This document shows positions 38,245-43,257 of a stretch of DNA of 43,257 bases, piece after piece. The notes under the pieces were generated by a model. The model saw only the letters and a list, made by a program, of their open reading frames with translations. It did no database searches and was not told the origin of the DNA. Every line of letters begins with the position of its first letter. Position 1 is the stretch's first letter. The stretch lies in contig JAFGKV010000072.1 in assembly GCA_016928395.1 (NCBI GenBank), positions 1-43,257 of the forward strand, read 5' to 3'. Position numbers and translations under genes: made by a program. This DNA comes from Candidatus Fermentibacterota bacterium (GTDB lineage: Bacteria > JAFGKV01).

Positions 38245-39975
38245 TCACCGGGCCGATCGGCCCGACGCCGATGGCGGGGTGCTCTTTCTCGACCTGTCTC
38301 CAGGGAAAGGCGGTAGCCTCCGTCGTCGGAGGCGGCCATCGATCATGCTGAGTCTATCGGCATGGGCGAAGGTATGCACTCCCACGATACGCGGATTCCA
38401 CCGGGGCTCGATCATGTCGACTTCCCGCTCCTCATACTCCTCTTCGTCTAACCTGACGATCTTGTTCATTCTGATGCCGTAGCCATAGCCCATGCTGCCG
38501 TCCTGGGAGGGGCGGTAGAGCTGGCCGTCGTACAGGAAGATCCTGCCTGCCGGCCGGGCTCTTCGCACGTCGGACACAATGGGATTTTGGGGATGCGGAG
38601 TCCACTCCTCGCTGAGCGGCGTGTCGGCGCTGAAGAGGAACAGCTCGTCTTCGATCGATGCTCCCCGGTTTTCTTTCATGTTCGCGAAAAGCCACCACCT
38701 GGCGCCGTGGTGCAGCAGCGTGGCATCCACCGCCTCCACTCCTGTCATGAGATTCGCGCAGAACTCCCACTCACGGGGAAACTGGACGCATCGGTATGCT
38801 TCGATGGTCCCGTTCTCCATGGATTCTGGAATCATGTAGTACTGTCCCCGCCACTCGAATACGAAGGGGTATGACAAGTGATACGGCCTCTCCAGAACCC
38901 GAACAGGATCTCCATATGCCCCATGTTCGTCCATCACCATGACTGAGACATGCCCCTTGCCGCGGCCGTAGAGGAACTCCTCGAAGAAGATGTAGTAGTT
39001 GCCATCTCTGTGAATGACGTGGGGGTCTGCCCAGAACCTGTCCCGCGGCGGGACTATGGGCCGGTACCGGCGAAACGACGTCGAGAGGTCGTCTCGAAGG
39101 TCGCACAGGAGAATCCACTGCTCATACGAGAGCCATTCCTTGAGCTTGGATCTCGCATACCCACACCAATGCCTCAGTAGGAGAGGGAGGAACTCGGCAT
39201 TGCTCGGCTGCACGTAGAGGGGATGAGAGTAGAAGGCCAGGCTCCGGTTCTCGGCCCTTACGCGTGCCCGAAAGCGTTCCGGTCCCCGGCGCAGCTCTTC
39301 CAGGAGCCTGGGCACAAGCGACAGCGACTTCCAGTAGTAGTTATTGCAGTTGCGGTTCACCGAGAGCTGATCCGTGGCCGAGTATGACCGGCATAGGACC
39401 ACGCCATTGTCCAAATCCGGCGTCAGTACTTGCACCACCGAGCCGGTGGTCGGATGGTGCTCCATGACTTCCCAGAACCCGGGCGGGGCACCCCGGTTGA
39501 TTCGATTGTCCCCATGATGGAAAGACCAGATACCGTGCTGTGCGCTCTGGAGGATTCTCCCCTTCAAGATCCTGAACCCGAAGCGGAGGAATACATCGAT
39601 GCCGTGAGGCTCGATCCGGGCGTTGTCCTCATCGGAGATGGTGTCGCAGAACCGTGTCTGCCGGGGAGTGACCGTCATTCGGGCAACCCCGGTCAGGAGG
39701 GGTTCGGCATCCATGGGTTCGAAGGCCTCGGGATTCTGCCGGAACAGGCGCCGATCAAGACGTTCATAGGCCATGTAGAGCAGGAAGCGCCGGTTGCGCC
39801 AGAATTTGGCCAGAATGCTTTGCCTGGGTTTCTCGGCCCCGTTGAGCACGATGAGGCTCACGGCAGCATAGTCTGAGTTCACTATCCTCTTGAGCATCTC
39901 GAATGCCCAGGCAGGCAGCTCGGTGGAGTCCATCAGGAGCCCGACTTTCAGGGGCTTGTTGTGCTCGTTGTCCAC
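38245..39975 (-). CDS. Formyltransferase-like N-domain fused to a five-bladed beta-propeller (GH43/GINT1-N-like)
   Basis: GTG 39975 with AGGAGG RBS; FGFRILKGRIL..WSFHHGD..RGAPPGFWEV..LDNG; FWADPHV, HLSYPFVF, YMIPES, ARPAG, RPSQD. Confidence 0.85.
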   Translation of the reverse strand: MDNEHNKPLKVGLLMDSTELPAWAFEMLKRIVNSDYAAVSLIVLNGAEKPRQSILAKFWRNRRFLLYMAYERLDRRLFRQNPEAFEPMDAEPLLTGVARMTVTPRQTRFCDTISDEDNARIEPHGIDVFLRFGFRILKGRILQSAQHGIWSFHHGDNRINRGAPPGFWEVMEHHPTTGSVVQVLTPDLDNGVVLCRSYSATDQLSVNRNCNNYYWKSLSLVPRLLEELRRGPERFRARVRAENRSLAFYSHPLYVQPSNAEFLPLLLRHWCGYARSKLKEWLSYEQWILLCDLRDDLSTSFRRYRPIVPPRDRFWADPHVIHRDGNYYIFFEEFLYGRGKGHVSVMVMDEHGAYGDPVRVLERPYHLSYPFVFEWRGQYYMIPESMENGTIEAYRCVQFPREWEFCANLMTGVEAVDATLLHHGARWWLFANMKENRGASIEDELFLFSADTPLSEEWTPHPQNPIVSDVRRARPAGRIFLYDGQLYRPSQDGSMGYGYGIRMNKIVRLDEEEYEEREVDMIEPRWNPRIVGVHTFAHADRLSMIDGRLRRRRLPPFPGDRSRKSTPPSASGRSAR

Positions 39976-40061
39976 TGATGGGCCTCCTGGGCGGTTCACA
40001 AACGGCGAATCCCGTTCTGGGTCGGCGGGTTGCCGCGTCCGGTCACGGGACGCGGGCGTCA

Positions 40062-40090
40062 AGTATAGGCATTGGTATGGCCTCAATCAA
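40062..40090 (-). promoter_or_regulatory. Sigma70-type promoter TTGATT-N17-TATACT
   Basis: Near-consensus -35/-10 with 17-bp spacer, about 85 nt upstream of GTG 39975. Confidence 0.6.
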
Positions 40091-40231
40091 CCGCCGGGAC
40101 TCAACCCGTCCCACGCAGCGCCGCCGCATCGATTGTACCGCGTAGGTCTCATAGGTCCCATGCGACGTATGCAGGCTACATCCCCCTCTTCTGCCTCTAC
40201 CTCGGCGCGGCCCCACTGAAGCCTCCGCTCC

Positions 40232-40993
40232 TCATACCTCGGCAGCCCTGCTGCTGCCGCCCCTGGCCAAGACCGCGCACAGGCTAAGGGTGCCTTCCCT
40301 TCCGCCGGCCCTGGTGGCGAACGCGACCTTCAGCGCGGCGCCTCCGGCAAGATCCGCCAGTTCGGTCGTGTCGATCCAGTGACAGTAGCGGTATGCGCCG
40401 CTTCCTCGCCAACCCAAAAGCGCATCGTTGGGATCCACGTCGCCTTCGTCGATCCCGGCGACGCTCCACGAAACGAGCTTCCTCCGCATCCGCTCGTTGT
40501 CCAGGAATTGCCATGTAGACACCAGGATCCTGCCCGCCGGCGCCATCAACCCTTCCGCGCGCCCAAGCATGGCCTGACGAGCCTGGGCCGTGGGTATATG
40601 ATGAAGGAGGGCCAGAAGCAGTACCGTGTCGAAGAGGGGGGCGATGCCTGCCTGTCGCAGCACGGCTGATGGGTCGGCATTCACCACATCGCACTGCAAG
40701 AACGAGACGGATCCCGCCCCGGGCGTGGTCATGCCTTCCCGCGCCTCATCGAGAAGTGTTGCTGATGCATCTACTCCCACATAGCTGCCGCCCCACCCCC
40801 GTGCCGCGAGCAGCCGTGCCACCCTTCCGTTCCCACACCCAAGATCCAGCACCCTTGCGCGGGCCGGGACCCACGGTATAATCCACTCAAGCTCAGAGCC
40901 TGAGGGCGAACGGGTGTCGCTGAACTCCCGGGCGTGATCTTCATAGAAAGCCCTGTTGATCTCCAGGAGACGCCGAGCCGTATCGGGGCTCAT
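40232..40993 (-). CDS. Class I SAM methyltransferase, Trm9/ALKBH8-like (putative tRNA cm5U34 methyltransferase)
   Basis: FY...AREFSDTR; VLDLGCGNGR; FD...LALLHHIPT..AR..ML..L.PAGRILVSTW; D.LLGW...YRYCH....EL; alternative start GTG 41023. Confidence 0.85.
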   Translation of the reverse strand: MSPDTARRLLEINRAFYEDHAREFSDTRSPSGSELEWIIPWVPARARVLDLGCGNGRVARLLAARGWGGSYVGVDASATLLDEAREGMTTPGAGSVSFLQCDVVNADPSAVLRQAGIAPLFDTVLLLALLHHIPTAQARQAMLGRAEGLMAPAGRILVSTWQFLDNERMRRKLVSWSVAGIDEGDVDPNDALLGWRGSGAYRYCHWIDTTELADLAGGAALKVAFATRAGGREGTLSLCAVLARGGSSRAAEV

Positions 40994-41079
40994 CGCCGAG
41001 CCCCTGGTCGGGCGCAAAGCCACGATTCTGCGGGCGTCGATGGCGCCAGGAACCCCGCGCCGATGGGAACGAGGACACG

Positions 41080-42756
41080 ATGACTCACCATGAGAACCTC
41101 CGGGAACGGTGGGCAGAGTGGACAGCCCGGCATGAAGATGGGGGCAGTGCCCTCTCCGACGCCACTCTTGTCACGCTCATGGACCGGTTGACGGCCGTGG
41201 ACACGCCGACGCACCAGAAGGTTAGAACCCTGATCCACCGGATCGCGGGGCCGACCGTGTCAAAGGTCGATGTGTTGCGGGCATACCGGGCCCTGGTGGC
41301 GCGGGGGCTGGCCGAGGAACGCCCCGAGCTCCTCTCCGCGCTTTGCCTGAAGCCGACTCGTACCATCTCAGGCGTGACCCCGGTGGCGGTCATGACCGAG
41401 CCGCACCCATGCCCTGGGTCGTGCATCTTCTGTCCTGATTTCGACGATATGCCAAAGTCCTACATCACGGATGAGCCTGGCGCCCTTCGGGGCCTTCAGC
41501 TTGATTTCGATCCGTATCGCCAGACCAGACATCGAATCCAGGCCCTGACCACCATCGGCCACGCGACTGACAAGATCGAACTCATCGTCTTGGGGGGCAC
41601 GTGGTCAGCGTACCCCCGGGAGTATCAGGAGCGGTTCATTCGGCGCTGCTTCGACGGGATGAATGAGTCTGATTCTACGACACTGGGAGACGCCCAGCAG
41701 CGAAATGAACGCGCGCAACACCGCAATGTGGGCCTCGCGGTTGAGACCCGGCCGGATCTGGTGACGCTTGACGAGGCGGCGTGGTTGCGCAGGCTCGGCG
41801 TCACCAAGGTGCAGGTGGGCGTGCAGAGCCTCGATGACCGGATTCTGTCGCTGAACCGTCGCGGGCACACGGCTGATGACACCCGCCGGGCCTTCGCTGT
41901 TCTGCGGGCTGCCGGATTCAAGATTCACGCCCACTGGATGCCCAACCTCTTGGGTGCGACGCCTGAGTCTGACCTTGTGGATTTCGCCCGGCTCTGGGAC
42001 GATCCGGCCATCCGGCCCGACGAGCTGAAGATCTACCCGTGTTCCCTCATCGCGGGCACGGAGCTGTACCGGCTCTGGGAAGGGGGAGAGTATGTACCCT
42101 ATTCGGATGACGAGCTGATCGAACTCCTGGCCCGATGCAAGGCGATAATCCCGCCGTACTGCCGGGTGACGCGCCTCATGCGGGATATCCCGGTGCATCA
42201 TATCGAAGCAGGATGCCGGATTCCCAATCTCCGGCAGACCGTGCGTCGTAACATGGGGGAGCGCGGGCTTCGCTGCCGATGCATCCGCTGCCGCGAAGTG
42301 CGCGTGAGTGATGTTGATCCACAATCGATAGTTCTCGACGACACGATCTATGAGACACCGACCAGCACCGAGCATTTTCTCTCGTTCGTCGCTGCCTCGA
42401 CATCTGCTGAGCCGTCGCGGCTTGCAGGCTTTCTCCGGCTTTCACTGCCCACACAGGCTGCCGACGTGCGCGGGATCGTCCTGCCGGAGCTCAGGGGTGC
42501 GGCGCTCATCCGTGAAGTCCACGTCTATGGCCCCTCGCTGCCCCTGGGAACCCGTGCGCCCCATGCCCAGCATCGCGGCCTCGGGACAAGGCTCCTTGAG
42601 GAGGCCGCGCATATCGCCCGCAACGCCGGTTTCCGCCGCCTCTCAGTCATCTCGGCCATCGGCACGCGTGCCTATTATCGAGCCCGGGGCTTCAGGCTGG
42701 GCGAGCTGTACGTGCATCAGGACCTCGACTCACGGCGGTGTGAGCCCAGCCATTGA
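41080..42756 (+). CDS. elp3: Elp3 tRNA U34 carboxymethyltransferase (radical SAM + GNAT)
   Basis: KPTRTISGVTPVAVMT; CPGSCIFCP; PKSY..EPG; KIELIVLGGTW; ETRPD; PDELKIYP; CRCIRCREV; IREVHVYG..QHRGLG..L; VISAIGTRAYY. Confidence 0.95.
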   Translation: MTHHENLRERWAEWTARHEDGGSALSDATLVTLMDRLTAVDTPTHQKVRTLIHRIAGPTVSKVDVLRAYRALVARGLAEERPELLSALCLKPTRTISGVTPVAVMTEPHPCPGSCIFCPDFDDMPKSYITDEPGALRGLQLDFDPYRQTRHRIQALTTIGHATDKIELIVLGGTWSAYPREYQERFIRRCFDGMNESDSTTLGDAQQRNERAQHRNVGLAVETRPDLVTLDEAAWLRRLGVTKVQVGVQSLDDRILSLNRRGHTADDTRRAFAVLRAAGFKIHAHWMPNLLGATPESDLVDFARLWDDPAIRPDELKIYPCSLIAGTELYRLWEGGEYVPYSDDELIELLARCKAIIPPYCRVTRLMRDIPVHHIEAGCRIPNLRQTVRRNMGERGLRCRCIRCREVRVSDVDPQSIVLDDTIYETPTSTEHFLSFVAASTSAEPSRLAGFLRLSLPTQAADVRGIVLPELRGAALIREVHVYGPSLPLGTRAPHAQHRGLGTRLLEEAAHIARNAGFRRLSVISAIGTRAYYRARGFRLGELYVHQDLDSRRCEPSH

Positions 42757-42781
42757 CGAAGGGCACGGCCCGCGATATCCT
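42753..42781 (+). promoter_or_regulatory. Sigma70-type promoter TTGACG-N17-TATCCT
   Basis: Near-consensus hexamers with 17-bp spacer, overlapping the elp3 stop codon. Confidence 0.6.
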
Positions 42782-42973
42782 CAGTGCATTCAGTGACACG
42801 ACGGGCCATGCGCCCGCGGGACGGTCAACCCCAAAGGGAGTAGTTCCATGGGGCCATCCTCACCAGACCTCCGTGCCCTGCCTTCTCTTAGGCCTTATTC
42901 GTTCTTCCGTGGCTCACCCACTGCCCGTGTCGTAACTGTCCCCTCCTTCTTACCCCGTCCCAAGGAGCCTGTC

Positions 42974-43257
42974 ATGCGCCGCACAAGCTTTGGCCGTTCT
43001 GTGGTCGCCGCCCTCATCACCCTCTTCGCCTCAGTCGCCTTCTGCGAAGATCACAGCGGCACCATCGGCACCGAGACGTGGACCCTGGCCAATAGCCCCC
43101 ACCACATCACCGGGAATGTGACGGTCGGCAATGGCGCCACACTGACAATTGAGCCGGGTTGTGATGTTCGGTTCAACGGCAACTACAAGCTCAGGGTAGA
43201 CGGAGTGCTCATTGCCGATGGCGATCCCGCGAACCACATCACCTTCACGTCGAATCA
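42974..43257 (+). CDS. Secreted parallel beta-helix repeat protein (5' part, runs off the window)
   Basis: AAGGAG RBS; MRRTSFGRSVVAALITLFASVAFC signal peptide; TWTLANSPHHITGNVTVGNGATLTIEPG..F...L.VDG.L.A.G.....ITFTS. Confidence 0.85.
   Translation, partial: MRRTSFGRSVVAALITLFASVAFCEDHSGTIGTETWTLANSPHHITGNVTVGNGATLTIEPGCDVRFNGNYKLRVDGVLIADGDPANHITFTSN

Noticed and set aside
40141-40170. Short TAGGTC(T/C)CA tandem repeat
   Set aside because: Only two good units; could be chance
42829-42870. yybP-ykoY riboswitch suggested by AAGGGAGTAG...AGACC
   Set aside because: Too short and lacks the expected CGUCA loop and four-way junction; downstream gene is not Mn-related; kept only as a generic structured leader

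Overview
High-GC bacterial chromosomal window with about 28 protein-coding genes and no rRNA, tRNA, CRISPR array, transposase, integrase or reverse transcriptase that I can see. Many secreted proteins end in FlgD-Ig/T9SS-type C-terminal domains, which suggests an FCB-superphylum diderm (inference). Positions 0.3-18.3 kb form a minus-strand island of secreted proteins: SGNH-like, alpha/beta hydrolase, FG-GAP and LVIVD propellers, a putative glycoside hydrolase, two paralogous fibre-like proteins with a small putative anchor, and a C45/Ntn hydrolase. These use two mutually exclusive kinds of C-terminal domain and share an 11-bp-period TCTGAG direct-repeat promoter motif. Positions 18.5-27 kb form a minus-strand envelope cluster: three CsgG/TolB-N-like proteins, an outer-membrane beta-barrel and two FGE-sulfatase-domain proteins. 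Positions 27-43 kb carry a DUF6150-like repeat protein, an MscS-family channel, acyl-CoA ligase, SLT, a CotH-like secreted kinase, an orphan anti-sigma/DUF4097 pair with an ECF promoter, a formyltransferase-like/propeller fusion, and a divergent pair of elp3 and a Trm9-like methyltransferase (a possible bacterial mcm5U34 pathway). All family calls come from motif recognition by eye, not from database searches.
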